Shown here: in pieces, positions 12,301 through 23,840 of the stretch
Layout: each line of letters starts with the position of its first letter
How positions within the stretch are numbered: position 1 is the stretch's first letter
DNA from: Camelus dromedarius
Taxonomy: Eukaryota
Reading direction: 5' to 3'
DNA: 64,000 bases
NCBI RefSeq assembly: GCF_036321535.1
Contig: NC_087436.1
Span: forward strand, 86,616,001-86,680,000
Made by a program: the position numbers and the translations under genes
Notes under the pieces: generated by a model
Database searches by the model: none
What the model saw: the letters and a program-made list of their open reading frames with translations, nothing else
What the model was told of the DNA's origin: nothing

Positions 12301-14205
12301 CACACTACCGTGGGACCCAGGACTGCCAGCCCTTCTAGCTACTAGAGCCAAGCCATCAAGGGATAGTCTGTGGGTGGCAGACACAAAAACCAGTGCACAA
12401 TATGTAAAAACTGAGGTGCCAGGCATGTGAGAGCTCCCTCCCAGTGCTCTGGAGCACAGCCGCCGAGGGAGAGCATGAAGATACTGCCCATTCTCTCAGG
12501 GCTAGGGAAGGGATTACAGTCAGCCCTGGGATGTGTGCTGAATTAGCCGCCTGCCCCTCAGGCTGCAGATAAGCCAACAGGCTTCCCACAGGGAAAGAAG
12601 GAGCTCCTGGGTCTGTCCCTTGCTGTGCCCTGTGGGTGGGAGCTGTTCAAGAACCATGTGACGTTGAGATGTCCTCTGGCAGCAGCCACAAAAATCCAGG
12701 TTCCAGACCGGGGCATGGGCTCCTGCCTGGGAGATATTGGTGAGCTGGAGCAAGGCAGGTGGGGAATGCAAAGATGGCATCCTCTGGTCTGTAGGGGAAC
12801 ACAGTGGGCCGGTGTCACGGACGGTAAAAGAATTTACCAAAGACAAAGGATGAAAATAGGAAAGGAGTTTATGAGGTGCACTGTCATAGACAGCAGCAGG
12901 CCGCACAGACGAGAGGTGCCTGGGTGAGCCCCGAGGGTGAGCACGCAGGCTCTCTTACTGGGGAAGGGGTTGTGCACACAAGGGCTAGGGGGCTGTGGGA
13001 TCAGCTCACGTACACGGACCTGACTGCTCACAAGTGAGGTGAGACTTGTCAGGGTTATTCTGAGTAACGGGATTTATGACTGATAAGGGCAGGATGTGCA
13101 GTGAGGCCTGTCCGCCTGGGCCACTGTGGGATTAGCCATTTCTTAGGGTGGTTAGTTCTGCAAGGGCAGGCGCATGCCAAGGAAAAGGGTGTACTTTGTG
13201 GGTTTTGGGAGAGTTTGCAGGCGGATATCTGAGATCTCAGGAATGGGGGTCGCGGGGCACCGGCAGACACCAGTTGGCACCACATGCCTCCATTCCCCGA
13301 GCACACCTCTGTGGGGCCCTAGAAGTGTGCTGGGCCAGAGGCCTGCCACTCAGCCGAAGCTCCTGGGCAAGCAAATAGGCTTCTTTCTCAGAAAAATGGT
13401 TTAGGTCTGTGCAGTGCCTTGGGGTGGTCGTCTGCCAAGAGCTGCCTCTCCGATTGTTACAATCTCACAGGACACAGAAGGCAAGCTCTCCTGGCCTTCA
13501 GAGCCAGCCAATCAAGGGAGGTCCCCTGGGCAGCAACTGCTAAAACCCAGGCACCAGAGGTATGTGAAGAAGCTCCCCTGCCGGTGATACCGGCCATCTG
13601 CAGTGCGGCAAAGCGGGGCATAAAGATGGCACTCACCAGCGGACGATGGCGCCCGCGGGCTTTAGCAAGGACCCCCATCTCTGGAGAGTAACCCAGCAAA
13701 CCCCTACCCCCTCAGGCTGACACTTTAAGATTAGCAAATGAGTATCTTTCACATCAAGTCTGGATACTTTTCAAATGGCTGCTTCTGTGCTGTGCCCTGG
13801 GGTGGGTGATTCTGGGTACAAGAGCCCTTTACTGCCATTTCTTGGTTTGCTGCAGCTTTGTGGGTCTTGTGCTCGTGTGCCCTGCTTTTTCCAAAGCTCG
13901 GTGTTTAGGGCTCATCTTTCAGGCACAGGTCTTAAAATATGAGGTGCCTGATGTGGGGTTTTCAGGGAGAAGTTTCAGGTTTTGAGTTCCTTCCTGGTTG
14001 TGGGTCGCTGTGCTGGGGTGGGGCTTATGGTGAGATTGTGTCTTGGCCTCTCCTGTATCAACATGGTTTCCCTCTCCCTTGCCCAGTGCGCAGAGGTCAC
14101 TCAGCTAGTTCTCGCGGGTTCTTTTTTCCATAGGAAATTGTTCCAAATTATAGCTACAGATTCAGTGTGTCTGTGGGAGGAAGTGAGCTCAGGATCTCCC
14201 AGAAC
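9305..14205 (-). mobile_element. Old L1 (L1M-type) 5' portion: 5' region, degenerate ORF1 and ORF2 endonuclease segment
   Basis: Minus-strand fragments include NIYAPKIGAPKY (L1 EN, 9824-10006), ILKAAREKQLVT (ORF1, 10829-11056) and NENGSTTYQ...AAEVVLRGTFTAINAY (ORF2). The ORF2 start region is near 10276 and the ORF1 start region near 11640, both with mutated ATG. A GC-rich repetitive 5' region spans about 11700-14205. Many stops and frameshifts. Boundaries approximate. Confidence 0.85.
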
Positions 14206-15254
14206 TTCACACTTGCTTTTTAATTTTATGTTGTGGATATCATCCCTGGGTCAGCCTGTGTGATGGACGGATTGAAGTCCCTTTGAGTGGGAGAGTCATT
14301 CTCAAAGGGAAAGTCAGACACAGAGGGTTAGGCCAGAACAGTTGTGTTGCTATAAGGCATTTTAGAAGACAGATTGGAAAGACAACTGAACGTGGGTGCT
14401 AAGTTTAGATAAACTTAGAAAGCATAAAACTGCGTTCACAGGAACTAGCATGTAATACGCTCAAAAGTAATCTGGGTAAGGGGGGAGTAAACTATATTAG
14501 ACCATAAACATCACCTAATTGCTGGTGGCGTTTTACCCGTGTCACAGGATTAGAATCTCTCTGCTTGTTCCTTGGATTATTGGGGAAGATCGGTAAGGGG
14601 GTAGCTTTCACAAGGTCTTTGTTTTCAGAGTCCTCTAGCTGACAGCCCTGGTGCCCCCTTCCCCTGCTGAGGCTCCCTGCTGCACCCTACACCCTCTGCT
14701 GTGGTCCTGCTGACCCAGTGAGGAGTCAGGATGCAGCCTTGGCTGAGTGATGGGGACAGGGCAGAGGAATGTAAAGGCACAGGATGTGTACAGAGGAGCC
14801 AAAGCATTTCCAAGGCACAATGAAGAGTTTGAAAGGGGACTGGAGCGTGCCTGCAAGACAGAGCCAGGGAATGCCCCCGGGCTGAGAATCTTTATAACAT
14901 TGGAGCCAGCCCCAGGGCAGTGGAAACTGGGTTGGGGAATCTTGCAGACCCTCCTCAAGGATTTTGAAGCCATCAGAGAGTGAGTACTACACCAAACTAG
15001 GAGAACACAGTTAGGGGGATAAATTCCTAAAATAGAAGAAAGGTAGTTAACAGTGGATAATTTAAAAACCCTTGAGTTAGAAAAATAGCTAATTGTATGG
15101 TGAACCTGGGAATTAGCTGGCTCATTGACTATGTAGAAGTAGAATTTTCAGTGAATGGGTATAGTTTTATCTCAGTTTATAAAGATACAATGAAGAAGCT
15201 GACTTTGGTGCTGAGAATATAGAACTGAATTTCTAAATTCCTAGCGATATATTT

Positions 15255-16173
15255 TATTTTTTGGATTCCTTTTTTTTTTTAGTTGAAGTATATTGATTTA
15301 CAATGTTGTATTAGTTTCTGGTGTACAGTGTAATGATTCAGTTACACATACATTTTTTCATATTCTTTTTCATTACAGGTTATTACAAGCTATTGTATAT
15401 AGTCTCCTGTGCTATACAGTAGGATGTTTATCTATTTTATATATAGTGGTTTGTATCTGCTAATCCCAAATTCTTAATTTATACCTCCCACTCCCCCCTC
15501 TTCCCCTTTGGTAACTATAAGTTTATTTTCTATGTCTGTGAGTCTGTTTCTGTTTTTGTTAAATAAGTTCACTTGTTCATTTTTTTTAGATTCCACATGT
15601 AAGGATAATCATAATATTTGTCTCTTTCTGACTTGCTTCACTTAGAATGATCTCTAGGTCATCCATGTTGTTGCAAATGGCATTATATTATTTTTATGGC
15701 TGAATAGTATTCCATTGTATATATATTCTACTTCTTTATCTAATCATCTATCGATGGACATTTAGGTTGCTTCCACGTCTTGGCTATTGTATATAGTGCT
15801 GCTTTGAACATTGGGGTACATGTATCCTTTTGAATTGGAGTTTTCTCTGGATATATGCCCAGGAGTGGGATTTCTGGATCATATGGCTACTCTATTTTTA
15901 GTTTTTTGAGGAATCTCCATACTGTTTTCCATAGTGGCTGCACCAAATTACATTCCCACCAACAGTGTAGGAGGCTTCCTTTTTCTCCACACCCTCTCCA
16001 GCATTTATTGTTTGTGGACTTTTTAATGATGGCCATTCTTACCAGTGTGAGGTGATACCTCATTGTAGTTTTGATTTGCATTTCTCTGATAATTAGTGAT
16101 TTTGAGCAACTTTTCATGTGCCTGTTGTCCATCTGGATGTCTTTATTAGAGAAATGTCTGTTTAGGTCTTCTG
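15255..16173 (-). mobile_element. 5'-truncated L1 (3' end of ORF2 plus 3'UTR) with 15-bp TSD
   Basis: ORF2 C-terminal peptide [16 protein letters not shown]...CWRGCGEKG...[24 protein letters not shown]-rich tail at left. TSD CCTAG(C/T)GATATATTT at 15240-15254 and 16174-16188. Confidence 0.93.
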
Positions 16174-18409
16174 CCTAGTGATATATTTAAGCTGTAAGTA
16201 ATGTTTATAAACACAAGCTTGGGTTGGCTTTTTGTTCTTGTTTTTCTTGTTTTTTTTTTTTGAGGGGGGTGGGTAGTCTGAAACTTTATTTGACCCAGCA
16301 TGTATTTGGTCTTTAATCCGTGTGTTCCCTACCCCTCATTTAGGCTTCATTTTCTATTACTTTAGAATGATGAGTGTATACCTTACAAAGAGGAATTTGC
16401 TCTATATTTTAATTCATTCTATGAACACTGTGAGCCTTCCGTGGAGCTAGCTGCTGGGGGGATATAAAGATTTTAAGACACCCTACCATTAAGATACTGA
16501 CAATTTAACTGGAGAGACTGATGAATTCACAACTAAAAAGTGCCAGAAGTTACAAAGTTTCAAGATAAAAGAATAATTTTACCCTGAGAAAGCTGAGAAG
16601 AGGCTAAGCAAGCAGAGACTAGAGCAGATGGAACAGCACTGAGATGGTGGCCATTTGGATGTGTAGGGGGAGCCTCTCATCGCTGTGGCTGTGAGAGCTT
16701 GTGGATTAGTTTGTTCTGTATCTTTACAGGCTGCTTGGCCAACAGTTTCCATTGGGCTGTAAGATTTCTTCCAAAAGTTGTCATTCTAATATGAAGTTAC
16801 ACTTGCTTATTCCCCCAGTTGGTGCCAGGATTTGGTAGGTTGATTGATAATTCATACATGAGAATTCAGCGTTCTGGGAAAAGTTCAGAAGTAGCTGTTG
16901 TGTCTCACTAACATACTATTTTACGTCAACATTTATAAATTCCTCAACTTGAATTGCTGATGTAAATGTAGGGATGGACACTTAGGAATGTGTCCAGTGA
17001 TTGAGTTTTCTATTTGTTCATATCATCATTGATTAGAAGAAGTTTCCTGTTGAATGTGACTTAAATTATCCGGGAATGTTTATTAAATTTTTTCTTAAAA
17101 GTTCCAAAACATACTATAATGTTTTTCTTTAAGGCAGCCTCCAAACAAATGGTCTGTATTTTAAAAAAACTGAACACCCATAACCAAGTGATTATTTTGA
17201 TTAAACAGTAATTAGATAGATACCAGCAATTTGGGAAGTCCAATTTGCAAATTACCCCTTTGCCCATTTATTAAATGACAGGGTACATGCTAGCACTGAT
17301 CAGGTGGTATTTCTTAAAAATGTGACTGAGCTAACAAAGAGCCACATTATTTTAACAATCAGCCCCGTTTGCCAGTGCCTTTCCCTGGGCACACCCCTCT
17401 CCTGCCCTTCAGAGTACTCTCCCTGAAAGGCAGGTGCAGTTTCAGCCACAGGATAATAGCAATGCCTACCATGTTTCTGATCCAAGAACCTTCTGTGACT
17501 GAGTCTCTACCTTTAACAAATCTTAATCACTTGAGCTGTTTCCAGTCACCAGCATGACTGACAGTCCTCTCCTCATGGTAGTGATGGCCAGTCAACTTTG
17601 TAGACTGAGGGACGAACATATTTCTGAGATTTTCCAAGATCAAAATAGAGTTGGAATTGCAGACAAGAAACCAAGCATCTTTATGTGTGGTTAACTAGGT
17701 AAGCTGAAAGCATGCAACTGAAAAAATAGAAGGTGGGAAAAGACATGTTTAAATCCTCTTGATTTACCAGCTGTATGACTTTGGGCAAATGGCTGCACTT
17801 TTAACTTTTGCAATCTGTGACGTGGGGGACTCAGAGCCCACATCGAGTAGCTCTGTGAGCTCGACATGAGAGTAAAAGAGAAACAGGGGAGCATGGGAAG
17901 TATGGGAAGGCCCTGGGGCTGCTGAGGGCTGGACAACGTAGACAACTACTGTCTACACTACTCAATAGAGCTTTCTGGAAGCTTCCAAATCAAGCACAAA
18001 TGCCCACCTACACACAGTCAGATTCCTTCCACACTACACCTTCAGATGGTGCGTAAATTTGTAGAAAGCATCCCCATCCCCTTGCCAAGTGGTCAGTTTT
18101 GTTTTGTTTTATGCAAAGAAAGGGCCCCTTCCTCTTGGAAGATGAATCCTTTGCTGGCGCTTGGCTTGGGAAGCAGAGCCCTAGCTGGATGTGCGCCCCT
18201 CAAGCCCTCGCTAGGGCACCTCTATGCAGGACGCAGACTGCCCAGCTGTGTTTATTTCCCAAAAACCTTACTTATAGTCTCCTCAGAAATGTAGTGAACT
18301 CTCCAGGAATTGGATTAGTCCTAGAGGCAACGTTGACTGGTAGAAGGATAGGGGCTTGAAGTCACATGGACCCGTTTTTCATGTCTTGATCGGCCATTTA
18401 CCAGCAGTG

Positions 18410-18600
18410 TTAGAAATGAGTGACTTCCGGGAAAATCATCTTGGTCTTCTTGTGTGATCTTGGGTGAGTGACTTAGTTTCTCCGAATCTGTTTCCTCATC
18501 TGTAAAATGGAGAATCAACAATATGTCCGTCCCCATAGGTGGTGGTGAGTAGTACACGTGAAAGATACTGCGCATGTACTCAGCACACGGCCGGGCCCCT
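18410..18600 (+). mobile_element. MIR SINE
   Basis: MIR core 'tgtgtgatcttgggtgagtgacttagtttctccgaatctgtttcctcatctgtaaaatggaga'. Confidence 0.8.
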
Positions 18601-19629
18601 GAGTACCACCTCCGGTGCCAGTTCCTGGGACAGGAAAGCTCACTCTCCATCACTAGCTCTTCATATCAGTTTCGACGAGATACTGACCATAGTGCTGTGA
18701 AGTCCAATGAAAGCCTTGCTGACTTTAATTTTTAAATGGGGGGAGGTGTTGCTACTTTAGTTTAAACCATTAGACTGTTTCCTATCAAACCATATCTTCC
18801 CAAAACACATCAATACTATTAACACTAAGAGAGCAGACCTGAGTGAGCCAGATCTCCTGGTTTTCTGGGAGAACAAAGACCCTTATCCAAAATGTCAGTT
18901 TTACATAATCCAGTTGATGGTCGATTTAAGAACAGACTGAGCAGCCAGATGACAACTAAGTTAATAGGAAAAGTTGTCCTCTGAAGATCAGTTCTCAGTA
19001 TCATAATTAATGAAATCCTCCACTAGATTATTCAAACCCTGTCACTGACAGGCAAGCGGGAGGATGGGGGAACAGAGTCAGCGGAGCCCTTGGAGGGTAT
19101 TTTAGGGCAATTGGCAAAGTAAAGAGAGCTGCTCATTGTTTCAGTGTCCGAAACTACCAGAATCCCGAGTGATTTCTGCAGTGTCTCTGGGCCTGTCTTC
19201 ACTTGAAGAGGCCAAAACTCTACTTCCAAGTTCACCTGTGAATCAAAAAAAATCCATGGTTTCCTTTTAGCAGACCACTGTCTGATTTTATAGGAGATAT
19301 GCATATTCATATTTGAAAACTCATGATACAGCTTGAGATAATCATCTTAAAGATGAAAATACAACATTCTTTATAACAGTCCTTTTCTTAGGAACATAAA
19401 CTCTTGCTGACGTTAGTCTGTTCCTTTGAAGATTTCTGGAGGGTCCTGATGTTTTAGCTGGATGTCTGTGCAATTTTTATATTGTGATACACAGCTCATA
19501 ATGCCTACCATCTTAATAAAAGCTTAAAATATCTAAGTGTTCAGATCCAAAAGACCGTTGGTACCAAATTCCATCGTGCAGAGATGTGAGTCCCTACAGT
19601 TTGTGCTAATACTCTGCACTGATGTTCGG

Positions 19630-19734
19630 TGCACCCACCCCAGAGGTTCTCATTTGGTTGGTCTAAAGTACCCGATGGGCTGGATTTTTTTAAATCATCC
19701 CAGGTGATTGTTCATCTAAGGTTAAGAACCACTG
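19630..19734. mobile_element. MER5-like hAT relic
   Basis: 'cccaccccagaggttct...cccaggtgatt...aaggttaagaaccactgg' resembles the MER5A right half and TIR. Confidence 0.55.
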
Positions 19735-19983
19735 GATAGGGGAACAAGCATGTTGATAATACTGATAATAGTTTAGTAATCTATCTCAAATGCCTTAAAA
19801 ATGTGCATTTCACTTGGCCCAGTTATTAAAAAAACACAAACATGTATATGTGTATGCACTGAAAAAAGAGATTGGAAGAATAAACACAGATTAGCAGGAA
19901 TTTTCTTGAGGGGGTAGAATTATGGGGTTTTTATATTCTTTTTTCTACATTTTCAAAAATTCCATCCCTGAACTTCTATTGCA

Positions 19984-19985
<2 letters not shown>

Positions 19986-20024
<39 letters not shown>
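19986..20024. repeat. (ATT)13 microsatellite at the tail of an L1 fragment
   Basis: 39-nt perfect ATT run directly abutting the L1 3' end. Confidence 0.95.
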
Positions 20025-20026
<2 letters not shown>

Positions 20027-20240
20027 AGTATAGTTCATTTATAATATTGTTTAATTTCTGGTATACAGCATAGTGATTCATTTATACATATATATTCCTC
20101 TCCATATTCTTTTTCATGATAGGCATTGAATATATTTCCCTGTGCTATACAGTAGGACCTTGTTTATCTATTTTATATATAGTAGTTAGTGTCATCTAGA
20201 AATCCTGAACTCCTAATTTATCCCTCCAACCCTCTTTCCC
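20025..20240 (-). mobile_element. Short L1 3'UTR fragment
   Basis: 'aagtatagttcatttataatattg...ccctgtgctatacagtaggaccttgtttatctattttatatatag' is homologous to the L1 3' ends at about 15285 and 54945. Confidence 0.85.
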
Positions 20241-20904
20241 CATCTAGCCTTGGGCCTTCTATTTGGTAGCCATTCAGATATTTGTGGCAAGAACAAATGA
20301 GTTCAGAGAGCAGAGAAATTCCTGTGAAGTTCGGTGGAGAAAGTGAGATTAGATTTACCGTTGGATAAAATGAGTTTGGCCGCCATTCAAACAAAGCCCA
20401 GTGAGAGGCCAGCTGGGGCAGAAACTTGTGGTGGAGGTCAGTGTGAGCGAAGAGGGACAATTTGCAGATGTGCTCAACTGCAGAAAGCCTTGTCCAGTGG
20501 CTATGCCACACCACAGGCATCGGGCAGAGCCGCAGCCCAAAGGCAGGCCTGGCAGGAGAGAGGGAGAAAGATGTTCAGTTACCCTGTAAGTAAATAAGAG
20601 TCAGCACTGCCTGCATCTGTTCCCTCCCCCGTTTGCATAACAGTTTTAGAGAAATAAAATAGTCACAGGAGTAAGGTGGTTGCCCTTTAATAAACTGAAA
20701 GGAAAGAAGCAGCTATTTAACAAATAGAAGCTGGCTGGAAAAAGAGGATTTTTGTTTGTTTCATGCAAAAAGATTTGGCACTAAAGAGCCAAATAGCTTT
20801 CCATGACACATTTTCAAACACAGAGTGAGGAGGAACATACTTTCTCCATCCCTGAGAGTCGTGTCGTGCAGGCTGAAGGGCTCTGGACACACAGCCCAGA
20901 TAGC

Positions 20905-21060
20905 TCAGGGCCTCTTTTTTTTTTTTTTTTTTAACTTTACTTTTTTTTTTTTTTTCCCTGAGGGGGAGGTAACTAGGATTTTTATTTATTTATTTTTTTG
21001 ATAGCAGTGTTTGAACCCAAGACCTCTTGCCTGCTAAGCACACACTGAACTGTACCCCCC
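20905..21060 (-). mobile_element. Camelid-type tRNA-derived SINE (Vic-1-like), degenerate
   Basis: Reverse complement reads GGGGGTACAGTTCAGTG..GCTTAGCAGGCAAGAGGTCTTGGGTTCAAA...AAATAAATAAAAATCCTAGTTACCTCCCCC followed by long poly(A). Confidence 0.8.
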
Positions 21061-22227
21061 GCCCCCCCCCACCCCCACCCCCTGCCCCTCACACAGAGCC
21101 TCCCATACTTTTCCTAAAGGCTGAAATGGAGGGCACTTTGAGGAAGGAAGGAAACGCTTTAACGTGCCATCTGGGAATGATTTCCACTCGAATGTCCTGC
21201 TACCTTCTCCCACCCCTGCCCCATCTCCATGCCAAGCTGTCACCTCTGGAGAGCCTTCCACCCCCCGGCTTGTGCAGACATCACTGAAACTGCAGGCCCT
21301 CGAAGACCCCGCCCAGGCGGCTGGAAGCCTAGGTGGCTTTCAGAGCTGGTTGTAAAACCTCACTGGGCAGTCAGTTCCGATCTCTAGAAACCCTCACCAC
21401 CATGACATCCACCCTTTCCCATTACCCTACAAACATTTCCTAGTCATCCTGAAATAGAAACACAGTTCATCCACGTAGGCCAGTTTCCCGAAAATAAGAA
21501 GCTAGACTTTGGGCTTTTCTAAGTGTGTTAAAACTACAGATAATTCTGAATGAAACCAAGAATTGCAGGGTTCTAAATGTTAGCCAAAAAGACGACCTCC
21601 CCCCGCCCCCCCAGCCACCACCACACACCCCCTAACCTTGTGGACAGTTCACGGAGAACTTCAGTCAGCTGTGGCATGGGAATTGTCTGTTCTCCCTCCC
21701 CCAAAGCATCCAGGAAAACAACTCCGTGACCCCAAAGATGTCGGAGACTCACAGAATGGATAAACTATTCTGACGTCTCTGTGAAGAATTGACCTGGCAT
21801 GTGGACTGTGCCCGAGCCCTCCACCATCCCTCATTAACCACTGTCAAGCTCACATCTGGTCTGGGCCTTGGAATTCTGAGGTGTCACCCCAGGGAGCAGC
21901 ACTGGTATTTATCAGGCCCTCCTGGCTATCAGCGTGGGTCTTCCTAACTAAACAGTGGAGTCGATTCTTCCAGTTGCTGGAAAGCCCTGGAACTGCATGT
22001 GTTTTGGACCTACGAGGGCTGTCAGGAAGCTCTGCTGAAGCAGGAGTTTGCAGGGTGGCCTTTGGGAGGCCCTTCTAAGAGGGTGTCATGTGAGCACACA
22101 CAGGAGGAACCTGAAACCACAAAAGCCCCCACCTCACTCACTTCTGTTTCTATTAAATCTTTGGGCAAAATATATGAAAAGGAAAAAGATGTCAGAGGAC
22201 CATGGAGTACTCTGAGTAATCATATTA

Positions 22228-22540
22228 TTTGGAGTTGCAACTCTGACTTTAAACTGTTTCTGCCGCTTACGAGGTGACCAGCTCATCCTGGTTTACCTGG
22301 GACTGACCTTGGTTTAAAACTGAAAATCCAGCATCCCAGGAGCCCAGTCAGTTCAAGGCAAACTGGGACGGCCAGTCACCGTAAGTGCTGTGTGACCACG
22401 GGCAAGTGAACCTTTGTATTGTGTTTCCACATCTGCAAAGTGGGGATGATAATTACATTAGGTGGTTGTGAGGATTAAATGAACAGAGGGGAGAGTGCTT
22501 GGAACTGCCTGACCACGTTAAGCACTTGGGTAATTTGATA
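22228..22540 (+). mobile_element. MIR SINE split by MER81
   Basis: 'tctgccgcttac' followed after the MER81 by 'agtgctgtgtgaccacgggcaagt...catctgcaaagtggggatgataat...gttgtgaggattaaatga'. Confidence 0.75.
22270..22383. mobile_element. MER81-like (hAT-Blackjack) MITE, 114 bp
   Basis: TIRs (c)gaggtgacca... and ...ccagtcaccgta, internal 'ggtttacctgggactg...actgaaaatccagcatcccagg...ggcaaactgggacgg'. Matches the recalled MER81 consensus. Confidence 0.75.
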
Positions 22541-23109
22541 GTTACATACAGCCTTTAAATCAGCAGCAAAATCCCAACCAGAGCTGTGTTTAATTTTCAG
22601 CTCCTTTGACTTAGTGCTGTGTCATCTTGGATAAAGACTTAATCACTGAGCCTTATTTTCCCCATCTGTAAAATGGGGATAATATAACCCAGCTGGGGCA
22701 GTATTTGCTGGGATAAGTCCTACTCCCCCAATCCCATAGCTGGTGATAAAGACCAAGCATGGAACAAGTAACAGCTCAGGTGGTTACTACTGTGACTTGT
22801 TATTAATAAGACAGAAGATGGTGTACTCCTAGCTGGCATGGGATGGAAACAGCTGCCTCTTTTCTCCTGATAAATTGTTTTCCACCACAAACGCTTTGCA
22901 TTTCAGTATCTAAATACCTAGACTAAAGAGCTCCCTCTAGAGGAGGAGTAGATCAATCACAGGAAGTTACCCACCCAGGCAGACAAGATCACTTTTAGCT
23001 TCTGCTTCTTGGGATGCTTGGGGCCACACCTACTCTTAGAGATAGTTAGGTTATGTTTGGAGAGGAAAACTGGCAGGGAGACAGCAGGCCAGAGGGCATG
23101 TAGGGACCG

Positions 23110-23206
23110 CAGCAGCTGCCTCCTTCCACCACCGACCCACTGAGCATGCTCCACTGACAGCAGCTGCTTCCTCCCACCACCGACCCACTGAGCATGCTCC
23201 TGTTGA
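23110..23206. repeat. Tandem duplication, two copies of a 48-bp unit
   Basis: CAGCAGCTGC(C/T)TCCT(T/C)CCACCACCGACCCACTGAGCATGCTCC starts at 23110 and 23158, with 2 mismatches over the first 43 bp. Confidence 0.95.
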
Positions 23207-23514
23207 CAGGGCAGAAGCCAAGGCACAAGCAGCTCGAAGCTTGCAGCTCATGCCTGTCAACCGCAGGCCTGAAGATGCCGACTTGATTAGAACTGGCCAC
23301 ACTTGCCAGCTCCTGCTGTTTCTATTTCTCATAGCAGCCACTTACTAGCTGGCAGCAAACAATGGCTGGAGTAGAGAGTATAGGGTTATAAATAACCTTC
23401 TAATTTTCCTTCTGTTTTCCCTACCTCCTACATTGCAATCACCTTCAAATGATCGGCCACCTGAGTGCATGGCACATTACAGTCTTGAGCTGCATGCCTC
23501 AGCTGAAAGTCTGT

Positions 23515-23840
23515 CTGCTTTGAATCCAAATTTCAGCCCCTCCACTTACCAGCTGTGTGACCTTGAGAGAGTCACTTAACCGCTCTGTGCTTTAATTTCT
23601 TTTTTTTTTTTTAAGTGGAGGTACTAGATTGAATCCAGGATCTTGTGGATGCTAAGCAAGCGCTCTACCACTGAGCTATATATACCCTCCCTTGTCTGTG
23701 CCTTAATTTCCTATTAGCGAAGTGATAGGGATCTTCCTCATCAGGATGATGTGAGGATTGAATGAATTAATACTCATAAAGCCCATAGAATAGTACCTGG
23801 TCCATAGTAAGTGTGTTGTAAGTGTTGGCTATCATTACAA
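23515..23840 (+). mobile_element. MIR SINE split by a young SINE
   Basis: 'ccacttaccagctgtgtgaccttgagagagtcacttaaccgctctgtgc' then 'gtgaggattgaatgaattaatac...tagaatagtacctggtccatagtaagtg'. Confidence 0.8.
23600..23694 (-). mobile_element. Camelid-type tRNA-derived SINE with 16-bp TSD
   Basis: Reverse complement reads GGGAGGGTATATATAGCTCAGTGGTAGAGCGCTTGCTTAGCAT...CCTGGATTCAAT plus poly(A). TSD TCTGTGC(T/C)TTAATTTC at 23584-23599 and 23695-23710. Confidence 0.9.

Noticed and set aside
11857..14263. Cluster of overlapping ORFs on both strands
   Set aside because: By-product of the GC-rich L1 5' region. No protein similarity recognised.
23110..23206. Direct repeats as a CRISPR-like array
   Set aside because: Only two adjacent units with no unique spacer, in mammalian intronic DNA with no cas genes.
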